From contig MFWV01000003.1 of the NCBI GenBank assembly GCA_001787405.1, forward strand, positions 790-64,789: a stretch of DNA of 64,000 bases, given 5' to 3'. Below are positions 11,654-21,414 of the stretch, in pieces. Positions within the stretch are counted from its first letter, which is position 1; each line of letters opens with the position of its first letter. Below the pieces are notes generated by a model. That model was not told the origin of the DNA, did no database searches, and saw only the letters and a list, made by a program, of their open reading frames with translations. This DNA is from Candidatus Pacebacteria bacterium RIFOXYA1_FULL_38_18. Lineage in GTDB: Bacteria; Patescibacteriota; Microgenomatia; UBA1400; PJMF01. Position numbers and translations under genes: made by a program.

Positions 11654-11983
11654 ATGGTAAAAAACGCAAGTACACAAAGTGTGTATAAAATTCGAGTCAG
11701 GCTAAAATCATATGATCATCGAGTCATTGATGAAGCCAGTCGTAAGATTTTACAAACAGCTTTGTCTACCGGAGCAAAAGTAGTGGGCCCAGTGCCTTTG
11801 CCCACTCACACTAAGTCGTTTACAGTACTAACTTCGCCCAATGCAGATAAAAATGCACAGGAACATTACGAAATTAGAACACATAAACGTTTGATCGAGA
11901 TAGTCAATCCTACCAATAAGACGATTGACTCCTTGATGCACTTAGAGCTTCCTGCCGGAGTCGACATTCAAATTAAGATGTAG
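11654..11983 (+). CDS. rpsJ: 30S ribosomal protein S10
   Basis: [24 protein letters not shown]. Confidence 0.99.
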   Translation: MVKNASTQSVYKIRVRLKSYDHRVIDEASRKILQTALSTGAKVVGPVPLPTHTKSFTVLTSPNADKNAQEHYEIRTHKRLIEIVNPTNKTIDSLMHLELPAGVDIQIKM

Positions 11984-12074
11984 ACTTTAGAAAATTAGAA
12001 TTTGATAAAGAGGGCAATAAGCCCTCGCTTATTTTTTAAGGTTTTTAGCTTAAAAAGAAAATTAAAATAAAAAA

Positions 12075-12998
12075 ATGTTAGACGCAATCTTTGCTACTAA
12101 GCTGGGCATGACTCAAGCCTGGTCAAAGAGCGGTAAAAGATTGGCTGTAACAAAGTGTAAAGCTGATGATAACTTGATTGTTGGTCAGCAAGACACTTCT
12201 TTTACAGACAAATCTTCCCGCACTTGGAACACTAACCGCCAAAATATCTTGGAGGTTGGTTTTGGTATCAAAAAATTGAATAACATGAAAAAACCACTTC
12301 AACAACGTTTACGCAAAAGTGGTTTTACCTATGGCGTCAAACAAATTAAGGGTATCCATCACACTATAAATGAAGAGTCTCCGCTTAAAACCGGAGACTT
12401 TGTGTCTGTGAACGATGTTTTGGCAGTAGGAGATGTGGTAAAAGTGCAAGGAACAAGCAAAGGCAGGGGTTTTGCTGGAGCAGTTAAACGTTATGGTTTT
12501 CATGGAGGCCCAGCTACTCACGGTCAATCTGATAGACAAAGAGCAGTAGGTTCAATCGGTTCTGGTACTTATCCAGGCAGAGTTTGGAAGGGCAAAAGAA
12601 TGCCAGGTCATTTTGGTATGGAAACCAAGACAGTCCATGGTTTGGTAGTTTTGCATATTAATTCTGAAACTAAAGAAATTTGGTTGTCTGGTCCAGTGCC
12701 AGGATCTAGAACGTCTATCGTAAAAATTCAAAAAACTGGAGGCAAACGTAAAATTGAGTTAGATCTAGATTCCGTTGGTTTGGCAGTCAATAACCCAGCC
12801 AGTGAAAGTGAAGTAACTGAAGAAACTAAAATTGAACAAAAAGCTGAAGAAGCTGAAACAGTTGAAGAAGTCAAAGAAGTTGAAACAGTTGAAGAAGTCA
12901 AAGAAGTTGAAAAAGTTGAAGAAGTCAAAGAAGTTGAAAAAGTTGAAGAAGTCAAAGAAGTTGAAAAAGTTGAAGAAGTCAAAGAAGAAACTAAATAA
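12075..12998 (+). CDS. rplC: 50S ribosomal protein L3 with acidic repeat tail
   Basis: KLGMTQ, GTSKGRGFAG, GRVWKGKRMPGH. Confidence 0.98.
   Translation: MLDAIFATKLGMTQAWSKSGKRLAVTKCKADDNLIVGQQDTSFTDKSSRTWNTNRQNILEVGFGIKKLNNMKKPLQQRLRKSGFTYGVKQIKGIHHTINEESPLKTGDFVSVNDVLAVGDVVKVQGTSKGRGFAGAVKRYGFHGGPATHGQSDRQRAVGSIGSGTYPGRVWKGKRMPGHFGMETKTVHGLVVLHINSETKEIWLSGPVPGSRTSIVKIQKTGGKRKIELDLDSVGLAVNNPASESEVTEETKIEQKAEEAETVEEVKEVETVEEVKEVEKVEEVKEVEKVEEVKEVEKVEEVKEETK
12855..12986 (+). repeat. 27-bp in-frame tandem repeat, about 5 copies (E[T/K]VEEVKEV)
   Basis: Unit gaaa(c/a)agttgaagaagtcaaagaagtt read directly. Confidence 0.97.
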
Positions 12999-13000
12999 AC

Positions 13001-13834
13001 ATGAAATTAAAAGTAATTACCGCTACCAGCAAAGAAAGCTCCATTGAGGTTAACAACTCAATGTTTGCAACTAAAGACAATCCTACTTTACTTGCTCAGG
13101 CAATCAGAATTTATTTGTCAAATTTACGGCAAGGAACAAGTAAAGTAAAAACTCGTTCTCAAGTTAATCGATCCAAATCCAAATGGTATCGCCAAAAAGG
13201 AACAGGTAACGCTCGTCATGGTTCCAGAAATGCTCATATTTTTGTGGGTGGTGGAGTAGCTCATGGACCAAAGGGCATAGAAAACTGGAATAAAAACTTG
13301 AATAGCAAAATGAAAGCTCAAGCCCTTCGCGTAGCTCTCAAACTCCAAGCAGACCAGATTTTTGTCACTGATAATTTAAATGGTCTACAAGGAAAAACAG
13401 CTGAAGCTGATTTGCTTTTACAAAAAATGTTGGGCAAAGTTGATAAAATCCTAATTGTATTAGGAGAAAATTCTGAATTAATCAAACGCAGTGTAAATAA
13501 CATTGGCCAAGTTTTGACAGTCAATGCCAATGAATTAAATGCTCTGCATTTAGTAACTGCCAAAAAAATTATTTTCACCAAAGAAGCTTTGCAAATTTTG
13601 GAAAACAGATTAAAAAAAGAAACAGTTGTTAAATCAAATAAAATAACTAAAAAAATCAAACCTGTTGAAAAAATCAAGTCAGCTGAGTCAGCCAAATTAG
13701 TTAAAGCTACCAAAACAGAAAAATCCACCAAATCAGTCAAGACTAAAAAAACCGCTTCTACTGCTCCAAAAACCATCGTTAAATCAAAAAAGAAAATCAA
13801 AACTACTACAAAAACTAAAGCAAAAAGCAAATAA
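13001..13834 (+). CDS. rplD: 50S ribosomal protein L4 with Lys-rich tail
   Basis: RQGTSKVKTRS, RQKGTGNARHGS, GGGVAHGPK. Confidence 0.98.
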   Translation: MKLKVITATSKESSIEVNNSMFATKDNPTLLAQAIRIYLSNLRQGTSKVKTRSQVNRSKSKWYRQKGTGNARHGSRNAHIFVGGGVAHGPKGIENWNKNLNSKMKAQALRVALKLQADQIFVTDNLNGLQGKTAEADLLLQKMLGKVDKILIVLGENSELIKRSVNNIGQVLTVNANELNALHLVTAKKIIFTKEALQILENRLKKETVVKSNKITKKIKPVEKIKSAESAKLVKATKTEKSTKSVKTKKTASTAPKTIVKSKKKIKTTTKTKAKSK

Positions 13835-13842
13835 AAATAATC

Positions 13843-14142
13843 ATGAATTTACAAATTATTCGCAAACCAGTTGTTACAGAAAAAACGCTGCAAAGAGCAA
13901 ACAGCGAAAATGTTTATACTTTTGAAGTGGACACTTCTGCTGATAAAAATATTATCAAAGCGGCAATCGAAGCTATTTATGATGTCAAGGTGGTAGCGAT
14001 TAATGTAATTATGAGACCTAAAAAAGCTCAACGTACTGGTAAGAAAAGATTGAAAAATTTATCAGCTAAAACTAAGAAAGCTTTGATAAAATTGGAAAAC
14101 AATCAAACAATTGATGTTTTTGATCTGGGAGGCAAAGAATAA
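13843..14142 (+). CDS. rplW: 50S ribosomal protein L23
   Basis: PVVTEK, YTFEV, KKALIKL; operon order. Confidence 0.97.
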   Translation: MNLQIIRKPVVTEKTLQRANSENVYTFEVDTSADKNIIKAAIEAIYDVKVVAINVIMRPKKAQRTGKKRLKNLSAKTKKALIKLENNQTIDVFDLGGKE

Positions 14143-14972
14143 TGTTAAAGAAAATTAAACCAACTAGTCCTGGCAGACGACACCGAGTAGATGCGGTTAA
14201 TAAGTTGCATCGCGGTGCTCCAGAAAAATCTTTACTGGCTTCTGGTCATAAGAAACGTCAGGGTCGAGGTTTTAAAGGCAGAGTCACTATGCCTCATCGT
14301 GGTGGTGGAGTGAAAAAACGCATGAGAGTGATTGATTGGAGACGAGATAAAGCAAATGTGCCGGCAATGGTGAAGAGAATAGAATATGATCCAATGCGCA
14401 GTGCCAATATTGCCCTACTTTTTTATCAAGATGGAGAAAAGAGATATATTTTGGCACCTAGCAATATTAAAGTCGGTGACACCATAATTTCTGGAGAACA
14501 AATAGATCCAAAACCAGGTAACGCCATGCCTTTGAAAAATATTCCGGTAGGAACACCGATTCATAATTTAGAATTACAACCGGGAAGAGGTGCTCAATTG
14601 GTTAAAGGAGCGGGAGTACATGCTTTAATTCAATCAAAAGAAGGTAATTACGCTACTGTACAATTACCCTCCAAAGAACAAAGACTGATTAATCTTAGTT
14701 GTTTGGCTACGATTGGTCAGGTTAGCAATCAAGATTGGAAAAATCGTAAGCTAGGTAAAGCTGGCAGAAAACGTTTGATGGGTATTAGACCCACTGTGCG
14801 TGGTACTGCTCAGCACCCTGGTTCTCATCCCCACGGTGGTGGTGAAGGTAGAAGCGGAGTCGGTCTAAAATATCCCAAAACTGCTTGGGGTAGAAATGTG
14901 GCTCCTGGCAAGAAGACTCGCAGTAGTAAAAAAAGCACTAAGTGGTTAGTTCGTGACAGAAGGGCAAAATAA
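14142..14972 (+). CDS. rplB: 50S ribosomal protein L2
   Basis: IEYDPMRSANIAL, HPHGGGEGR. Confidence 0.99.
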   Translation: MLKKIKPTSPGRRHRVDAVNKLHRGAPEKSLLASGHKKRQGRGFKGRVTMPHRGGGVKKRMRVIDWRRDKANVPAMVKRIEYDPMRSANIALLFYQDGEKRYILAPSNIKVGDTIISGEQIDPKPGNAMPLKNIPVGTPIHNLELQPGRGAQLVKGAGVHALIQSKEGNYATVQLPSKEQRLINLSCLATIGQVSNQDWKNRKLGKAGRKRLMGIRPTVRGTAQHPGSHPHGGGEGRSGVGLKYPKTAWGRNVAPGKKTRSSKKSTKWLVRDRRAK

Positions 14973-14975
14973 ATT

Positions 14976-15260
14976 ATGAGTAGATCTAGTAAAAAAGGAC
15001 CATTTATTGATCCAAAGCTCATGAAAAAAATCATGAAGCAAAAACAGCTGGGAGAAAAAGCTCCCTTGAAAACTTGGGCTCGTGATAGTGTAGTGGCTCC
15101 GGAATTTGTGGGACATACATTATTGGTTCATCAGGGTAAAAACTTTATAGAAGTATTTATTTCTGAAGCCATGGTGGGTCATAAATTGGGAGAATTTGCT
15201 CCTACTAGAACTTTCAGAGGTCATGGTCGAATCGTAAAACGAGTATTAGCCAAGACTTAA
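14976..15260 (+). CDS. rpsS: 30S ribosomal protein S19
   Basis: [22 protein letters not shown]. Confidence 0.99.
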   Translation: MSRSSKKGPFIDPKLMKKIMKQKQLGEKAPLKTWARDSVVAPEFVGHTLLVHQGKNFIEVFISEAMVGHKLGEFAPTRTFRGHGRIVKRVLAKT

Positions 15261-15311
15261 AAATTATTAAATAGAATCAAACAATTAATTATTAACTAAC
15301 AACTGACAACA

Positions 15312-15857
15312 ATGGAAATTACAGCAGAGCAAAAAAATACCAGACAGTCCGCACGCAAAGTTCGTTTGGTGGCCAACGAAGTGCGCAAGTTGCCTTTAGA
15401 GCAAGCATTGCGACAATTGGCTGTGATGGAACGTCGAGCTACTTTGGTGGTGACAAAGGTTTTACGTCAGGCTTTAGCCAATGCTTGGCACAACCATAAT
15501 TTACCCATCGATCAGTTGGATTTGAAAAATATTTTGGTTACTGAGGGCACCACTTATAAACGTTGGCGAGCGGTTAGCAGAGGAAGAGCCCATACAATTC
15601 TTAAAAGAACTTCTCATATCAAAGTTGTTTTGGCTGCCAAAACCGATGCCAAACCAGTGGCCAAAAAACAACAAACAGAAGTAAAGGTTGCTACGATCGC
15701 CAAAGAAAGTGATAAAACAAGCAAAGCCAATAAACCAACCAAGGTTGACGTCAAGGCTAAATCAGGGATGACGGCACCATTTAAATCAGTAGCTAAAGAT
15801 CAAGTAAAAGCACAAAAACACACTGCTCAGCAAAAAGTAGTAAAGAAAGCTAGTTAA
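15312..15857 (+). CDS. rplV: 50S ribosomal protein L22 with C-terminal extension
   Basis: SARKVRLVA, RGRAHTILKRTSHI. Confidence 0.98.
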   Translation: MEITAEQKNTRQSARKVRLVANEVRKLPLEQALRQLAVMERRATLVVTKVLRQALANAWHNHNLPIDQLDLKNILVTEGTTYKRWRAVSRGRAHTILKRTSHIKVVLAAKTDAKPVAKKQQTEVKVATIAKESDKTSKANKPTKVDVKAKSGMTAPFKSVAKDQVKAQKHTAQQKVVKKAS

Positions 15858-15858
15858 T

Positions 15859-16509
15859 ATGGGACAAAAAGTTAATCCAACCAGTTTTCGTTTGGGAAAT
15901 ATTTTCTCTTGGAAATCTCGTTGGTTTGCAACTCCAGCTGATTATTCTGACAAAGTATTGGAAGATTATCGATTAAGAAAATACTTTAACAGTAAACTGC
16001 ATAATGCTGGTTTGGTTCAAATAAATATTGAACGTTCAATCAGTAAAATGCGCATCATTTTACATGTTTCTCGCCCCGGTGTAGTGATCGGCAAGGGAGG
16101 AGCTAATTTGGAAGAAATCAAGAAAGAAGTAGAAAAATTACTCAACACCGCCAAGTTAAAAAAAGAACAGGTGCATGTGGATTTGAAAGTAGAGGAAGTC
16201 AAGAATCCTGATTTGAGCGCTAAATTGGTAGGCGAGCGAATCATCAATCAACTCATCGGTCGCTATCCTCATCGCCGAGCCATTAGTCAAGCTTTGGAAA
16301 AAGTAATGGCTGCTGGAGCCAAGGGGATAAAGATTCAGCTTTCAGGCAGAATTGGTGGGGCAGAGATTGGTCGTCAGGAAAAATACTTTAAAGGTAGTAT
16401 TCCTACGCAAACCTTGCGAGCCAACATTGATTATTTTGAATCACCAGCCAAAACTCGTTCTGGTTATGTCGGAGTAAAAGTCTGGATTTATAAGGGAGAG
16501 ATCGTTTAA
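15859..16509 (+). CDS. rpsC: 30S ribosomal protein S3
   Basis: MGQKVNP, RPGVVIGKGG, GVKVWIYKGE. Confidence 0.99.
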   Translation: MGQKVNPTSFRLGNIFSWKSRWFATPADYSDKVLEDYRLRKYFNSKLHNAGLVQINIERSISKMRIILHVSRPGVVIGKGGANLEEIKKEVEKLLNTAKLKKEQVHVDLKVEEVKNPDLSAKLVGERIINQLIGRYPHRRAISQALEKVMAAGAKGIKIQLSGRIGGAEIGRQEKYFKGSIPTQTLRANIDYFESPAKTRSGYVGVKVWIYKGEIV

Positions 16510-16515
16510 GGAAAC

Positions 16516-16920
16516 ATGTTACAACCAAAAAAATCAAAATACCGCAAAGAATTTAGAGGCAAGAACAAAGGTAAGGCTTCTAGAGGTAATGAACTGGCTT
16601 TTGCTGAATTTGGTTTAAAGGCTATGACTGGTGGTTGGCTTTCGGCTAGAGAAATCGAAGCGGCTCGTAAGAAAATTACTTTTGCTACTAAAAGAATTGG
16701 TCGTTATTGGATTAAAGTATTTCCTCACAAGCCAATTACCAAAAAACCAGTAGGAGTCAAAATGGGATCTGGTAAGGGAGCAATTGAAGGTTATGTAGCA
16801 GTAGTTAGACCAGGAACTATTTTATTTGAACTGGGAGGAGTAACAGAAGAAATGGCTCGCACTGCTTTTGATAAAGCTGCTCATAAATTATCGGTAAAAA
16901 CTAGTTTTGTTAAGAAATAA
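16516..16920 (+). CDS. rplP: 50S ribosomal protein L16
   Basis: MLQPKKSKYRK, MGSGKG. Confidence 0.99.
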   Translation: MLQPKKSKYRKEFRGKNKGKASRGNELAFAEFGLKAMTGGWLSAREIEAARKKITFATKRIGRYWIKVFPHKPITKKPVGVKMGSGKGAIEGYVAVVRPGTILFELGGVTEEMARTAFDKAAHKLSVKTSFVKK

Positions 16921-16921
16921 G

Positions 16922-17254
16922 ATGAAAACAAAAGATATTAAAGCGCTACACGAACAGACCATTACTCAGTTGCAAAAGCAATTAGTTGGTTTGCAACAGC
17001 AGTTGGCACAAAACAGAATCAAGAAACACGCTCGTAAATTGGAAAATACTAGTTTGGTTAAGTTGGGCGCTGATGATATCGCTAGAATTAAAACGATTAT
17101 AAAAGAAAGACAAATAGCTCAACAAATGGAGAGTGCCAAAGAAAAACTACAACAAAAAACAATCAAAGCAGTAGCTAAAGAAAAATCTGAGACAAAATCT
17201 ACAAAAAAATCAACCAAAAAAACCATGAAAAAAGTAACGAAAAAGGCTAAATAA
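16922..17254 (+). CDS. rpmC: 50S ribosomal protein L29 with Lys-rich tail (start moved to ATG 16922)
   Basis: DIARIKTII motif; between rplP and rpsQ. Confidence 0.92.
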   Translation: MKTKDIKALHEQTITQLQKQLVGLQQQLAQNRIKKHARKLENTSLVKLGADDIARIKTIIKERQIAQQMESAKEKLQQKTIKAVAKEKSETKSTKKSTKKTMKKVTKKAK

Positions 17255-17487
17255 TGAGAACAATGCAGGGAATTATCACCTCAATGAAAAGAGAAAAAAC
17301 CGCTACGGTGACGGTTACTCGTCAGTGGCAGCATCCTTTATATATCAAGTCAGTTCAGCGTAATAAAAAATATGCTTGTCATTTGCCAGAAGGCTTGAAG
17401 TTGAAAGAAGGAGAAGCGGTAGAAATTCAAGAAATTAGACCAATCAGTAAGACCAAGCGTTTTGTAATAACTAAAAAAATAAAGTAA
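17254..17487 (+). CDS. rpsQ: 30S ribosomal protein S17
   Basis: [13 protein letters not shown]. Confidence 0.98.
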   Translation: MRTMQGIITSMKREKTATVTVTRQWQHPLYIKSVQRNKKYACHLPEGLKLKEGEAVEIQEIRPISKTKRFVITKKIK

Positions 17488-17861
17488 TGATACAACTTAG
17501 AACAGTCCTATCAGTCGCCGATAACAGTGGTGCTCGAAAAATTAGAGTGATCCAAGTTTATGGTGGTTCCAAAAGACGATTTGGCTATGTGGGAGATATT
17601 ATTATTGGTTCAGTAATCGATGCCGATCCCAATAGCGCTGTCAAAAAAGGTTCTTTAGTGAGGGCAATAATCGTCAGAACTAAAAAAGAAAAACGACGTA
17701 ATTCTGGTGAATATATTCGATTTGATGACAATGCAGCTGTTATTATTGAGGATCGTACAAAACAAGAACCGGTGGGCACTCGGGTTTTTGGGCCAATTGC
17801 TAGAGAAGTTAAAGATAATGGTTTTAGTAAAATTGCTAGTTTAGCGCCGGAGGTTTTGTAA
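17487..17861 (+). CDS. rplN: 50S ribosomal protein L14
   Basis: [23 protein letters not shown]. Confidence 0.99.
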   Translation: MIQLRTVLSVADNSGARKIRVIQVYGGSKRRFGYVGDIIIGSVIDADPNSAVKKGSLVRAIIVRTKKEKRRNSGEYIRFDDNAAVIIEDRTKQEPVGTRVFGPIAREVKDNGFSKIASLAPEVL

Positions 17862-18214
17862 TGAAATTACAAGTAGGAGATAAAGTACTAGTCACCACAG
17901 GCAAAGATCACGGTAAACGGGGAGAGGTTATTAGAGTTTTGCCTGAAAAAAATGCAGTGATCGTCAAAGATATGAATATGTATTCTCGCCACATCAAACC
18001 TTATGGAGGTCAGGCAGGAGACATTAAACGCCAGGAACGACCATTGGGCATGGGTAAAGTAGCCATTATCAATGATAAAGGCCAACCAGATAGGGTGGGA
18101 TATAAACTCAACAAAGATGGTAGCAAAACCAGAATTTATCGCAAAACAGGAGCTGTCATTAGTTCAAAAACAAAAAAAGAGATGAAATCAACCAAAAAAG
18201 AAAGTAAGAAATAA
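17861..18214 (+). CDS. rplX: 50S ribosomal protein L24
   Basis: KOW motif GDKVLVTTGKDHGKRGEV. Confidence 0.98.
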   Translation: MKLQVGDKVLVTTGKDHGKRGEVIRVLPEKNAVIVKDMNMYSRHIKPYGGQAGDIKRQERPLGMGKVAIINDKGQPDRVGYKLNKDGSKTRIYRKTGAVISSKTKKEMKSTKKESKK

Positions 18215-18218
18215 AATC

Positions 18219-18779
18219 ATGAATCGTCTGAAACTTAAATACCAGCAAGAAGTACTACCCAAACTCCAAAAAGAGTTTAAACATGATAATGCTTTTGCGG
18301 TTGCTCAAATCAAAAAAGTAGTAGTCAACATGGGTATTGCTCATCCCATTGATCCCAAAGCTCGCGAAAAAGTAGTGGAAAATGTGGTTGAACAATTCAA
18401 AGTAATTACTGGTCAGCAACCTCAAGTTACCAAAGCAGCCAAAGCCATTGCCGGTTTCAAACTCAGAGCTGGTGATCCACTGGGCGTAATGGTAACTTTG
18501 CGAGGAGAGAATATGTGGGAATTATTGGATAAATTGGTCTCGATTACTTTGCCCAGAGTAAAGGATTTTAGAGGTATTTCTTTAACAGCTTTTGATGGTC
18601 AGGGCAATTATAGTTTGGGATTGGAAGAACAAATCGTTTTTCCGGAAATTAATTATGATCAAATAGAAAGCATTAGAAGTTTACAAATTAATATTATTAC
18701 CAGTATCAAAGACGACCAGGAAGCACGACGAATGTTGGAATTGTTGGGCTTTCCATTTGAAAAAAAGGAGGAAAAGTAA
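18219..18779 (+). CDS. rplE: 50S ribosomal protein L5
   Basis: KVVVNMG, LPRVKDFRG, FDGQGNYSLG. Confidence 0.99.
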   Translation: MNRLKLKYQQEVLPKLQKEFKHDNAFAVAQIKKVVVNMGIAHPIDPKAREKVVENVVEQFKVITGQQPQVTKAAKAIAGFKLRAGDPLGVMVTLRGENMWELLDKLVSITLPRVKDFRGISLTAFDGQGNYSLGLEEQIVFPEINYDQIESIRSLQINIITSIKDDQEARRMLELLGFPFEKKEEK

Positions 18780-18782
18780 ACC

Positions 18783-19013
18783 ATGGCCAAAAAATCAAAA
18801 ATCGCCAAAGCCAAGAAATTATTGGCTTTGCGATCCAAATACGAGCAATCTGGAGAGAGAAAAACTAATAGAGTCTCGACCAGAGGAGAAAACCGTTGTA
18901 AAATCACCGGCCGGCCACGTGGCTATATGCGTTATTTTGGTTTGAGCAGAATCACTTTTCGTGAATTAGCTTCCAAAGGAGAATTACCAGGAGTAGTAAA
19001 GGCAAGCAAATAA
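18783..19013 (+). CDS. rpsN: 30S ribosomal protein S14 (only one Cys of the Zn motif)
   Basis: [29 protein letters not shown]. Confidence 0.97.
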   Translation: MAKKSKIAKAKKLLALRSKYEQSGERKTNRVSTRGENRCKITGRPRGYMRYFGLSRITFRELASKGELPGVVKASK

Positions 19014-19014
19014 T

Positions 19015-19404
19015 ATGACAGATCCGATCGCAGACATGCTAGCCAGAATCAAGAATGCCCTACTTGCTAGACACAAGGAGGTAGTCATTCCTCATTCAAA
19101 GATAAAGCAAGCCATTGCTCAGATTTTGCAAAATAATGACTACATTGAGTCTTTTGAGATAGTCAAACAAAAGCCTCAATCAGCATTGTCGATTAAATTG
19201 GGTTATAAAAACAAATGGCCCAAAATTACTGGAGCAAACAGGATTTCCAAGCCAGGCAGAAGACTTTATGCTTCGGTTGATCGCATTCCAGTGACACTAA
19301 ATGGTTATGGCATTACGATTATTTCGACTAGTAAGGGTTTATTAACAGATAAAGAAGCTAAAAAACAGAATGTTGGTGGAGAATTACTCTGCCAGATTTG
19401 GTAA
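19015..19404 (+). CDS. rpsH: 30S ribosomal protein S8
   Basis: DPIADMLARI, ISKPGRRLY, STSKG. Confidence 0.99.
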   Translation: MTDPIADMLARIKNALLARHKEVVIPHSKIKQAIAQILQNNDYIESFEIVKQKPQSALSIKLGYKNKWPKITGANRISKPGRRLYASVDRIPVTLNGYGITIISTSKGLLTDKEAKKQNVGGELLCQIW

Positions 19405-19407
19405 TTT

Positions 19408-19947
19408 ATGTCAAAAATAGGTAACACCCCCATTCCATTGCCCGCAGGGATCACCGTCACTCAAAGTGAGCAAGTGGTTTCTGTTAAAGGTCCTAAAGGT
19501 GAATTAAGTTTCAATTTGTTTGATGGTATTAAAGTTAAGATAGAAACAGAAGAATTGATCGTATCTCGCACCAACGATGAACCACAAACAACTGCTTTTC
19601 ATGGTTTGGTAAGAAGTATTTTGGCCAACTATGTTCAAGGAGTGAGTGAAGGTTATAAAAAAACTCTCAAATTGGTGGGTACGGGTTATAGGGTATCGAC
19701 CAAAGGAGCTGGTTTGTCGGTAACAGTGGGTTATTCTCATCCGGTAGATATTGATCCCGTGGAGGGAATTGAGCTCAAAGCAGAAGGTAATGACACTATT
19801 CATGTAGCTGGAATTGATAAACAATTGGTTGGTCAAGTATCAGCCAATATTAGAGCTATTCGCCTTCCAGAACCGTATAAAGGTAAAGGTATTCGTTACG
19901 AAGATGAAATAGTCAAAACCAAACCTGGCAAAACAGCCATTGGTTAA
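19408..19947 (+). CDS. rplF: 50S ribosomal protein L6
   Basis: VKGPKGEL, PEPYKGKGIRY. Confidence 0.99.
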   Translation: MSKIGNTPIPLPAGITVTQSEQVVSVKGPKGELSFNLFDGIKVKIETEELIVSRTNDEPQTTAFHGLVRSILANYVQGVSEGYKKTLKLVGTGYRVSTKGAGLSVTVGYSHPVDIDPVEGIELKAEGNDTIHVAGIDKQLVGQVSANIRAIRLPEPYKGKGIRYEDEIVKTKPGKTAIG

Positions 19948-19954
19948 GGAAATT

Positions 19955-20359
19955 ATGTCAAGAATTAAAAGAAATCAATCACTAGCTCAAACAAGAAAAA
20001 TCAGAGTCCGTAGCAAACTCTATGGTTCAGCTACTAGACCTCGTCTTACTATTTTTCGTTCCAATCAGCATCTTTATTTACAGGTAATTGATGATGATGC
20101 TCAGCAAACTTTGGTTGCGGTTAGTGATGTGATTGACAAATCAAGTTCTCAAAAAACCCAGTCAAAAAAAGTTGAGTCAAAAAAAACTGAATCAAAAATA
20201 ACAAAGACCGAGCGATCTATCTTGGTTGCTCAAGAACTTTTGCAGTTACTACAAAAAAAGGGCATCAAAACCTTGGTTTTTGATCGAGGAGCGTATAAAT
20301 ATCACGGCAGAGTGAAAGCAGTAGCAGAAACTTTGCGCGAGGGAGGCATTCAAGTTTAA
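19955..20359 (+). CDS. rplR: 50S ribosomal protein L18 (start at ATG 19955 after AAGGA)
   Basis: RPRLTIFRSN, VFDRGAYKYHGRVKA. Confidence 0.97.
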   Translation: MSRIKRNQSLAQTRKIRVRSKLYGSATRPRLTIFRSNQHLYLQVIDDDAQQTLVAVSDVIDKSSSQKTQSKKVESKKTESKITKTERSILVAQELLQLLQKKGIKTLVFDRGAYKYHGRVKAVAETLREGGIQV

Positions 20360-20362
20360 GTT

Positions 20363-20974
20363 ATGTCAGACAGACACACATTTACACCAGAAAAAAAGGA
20401 ATTTGAAGAAAAAGTTATTCAAATTTCTCGCGTTTCCAAAAAAACTAAAGGTGGCAACCAGATTGGTTTTTCCGTTTTGATGGTGGTAGGTGATAAAAAA
20501 GGCAAAGTAGGAGTGGGATTGGGTAAGGCTCCTGACGTTTTATCTGCTATCAAAAAAGGTGTTAAAAAAGCTAAAAAACAATTAATCACTGTGCCTTTGG
20601 ATGGCACTACTATTCCTTTTAAAATGATGGTAAAAAAAGGAGCTGGACAAGTTTTACTCAAACCAGCAGCCAAAGGAACGGGAGTTATTGCCGGTGGCCC
20701 AGTCAGAGCAGTGGTGGAGGCAGCGGGAGTGCGTGATATTTCAGCCAAGATTTTGGGTAGCGAAAATCAAGCTTCCAGTGTTTATGCTACTTTTGAAGCC
20801 TTGAAACGCATTGAGCGAATCGTTAATATTCGTAGCATCAAATTACGTTCTATTGTAGATATTGAACGAGAAGAAAAAGAAAAAACCAAAAAAATTCAGG
20901 AAGAAGCTAAAGCTAAAGCAGATGAGTCAGATAAAAAAGAAGCCAAACAATCGGCTAAACCAACCAAGAAATAA
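20363..20974 (+). CDS. rpsE: 30S ribosomal protein S5
   Basis: [17 protein letters not shown]. Confidence 0.99.
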   Translation: MSDRHTFTPEKKEFEEKVIQISRVSKKTKGGNQIGFSVLMVVGDKKGKVGVGLGKAPDVLSAIKKGVKKAKKQLITVPLDGTTIPFKMMVKKGAGQVLLKPAAKGTGVIAGGPVRAVVEAAGVRDISAKILGSENQASSVYATFEALKRIERIVNIRSIKLRSIVDIEREEKEKTKKIQEEAKAKADESDKKEAKQSAKPTKK

Positions 20975-20976
20975 AT

Positions 20977-21414
20977 ATGTCAATTTTACAAACTCTCACT
21001 AGCATCACTAAGCGCTCCAATAAACGATTGGGTAGAGGTTATGGTTCTGGCAAAGGTGGCCATACAGTAGGTCGTGGTCAAAAAGGCCAAAAATCCAGAC
21101 GTGGTAGCAAAATTCCTTTGTGGTTTGAGGGTGGTCAATTGCCAGGTGTTAAAAAATACCCAATGATTCGTGGTAAAGGCAGATTCAAGGTTCTGAAAGC
21201 CATTGCTACCATCACTTTGACTGATTTGGAGAGATTGCCCACCAGTGAAGTGACTTTGGAAACCTTAAAATTACATAAAGTAATTGAGCCTGCTTTCAAA
21301 AAAGCCAAGATTATTCGAACAGGAAACTTAACTAAAAAAGTTAATATAAAGGGAATTCCTGCCTCCGCCCAAGCTCGTCAGGCTATTGAAAAGCTGGGTG
21401 GATCAGTTGAATAA
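20977..21414 (+). CDS. rplO: 50S ribosomal protein L15
   Basis: [18 protein letters not shown]. Confidence 0.98.
   Translation: MSILQTLTSITKRSNKRLGRGYGSGKGGHTVGRGQKGQKSRRGSKIPLWFEGGQLPGVKKYPMIRGKGRFKVLKAIATITLTDLERLPTSEVTLETLKLHKVIEPAFKKAKIIRTGNLTKKVNIKGIPASAQARQAIEKLGGSVE

Noticed and set aside
12855-12986. Possible CRISPR array (also 63771-63854)
   Set aside because: Repeats are contiguous with no spacers, in frame within CDSs, and no cas genes are present.
20974-20977. No rpmD (L30) between rpsE and rplO
   Set aside because: Real, but a well-known CPR trait; used only as a taxonomic clue.
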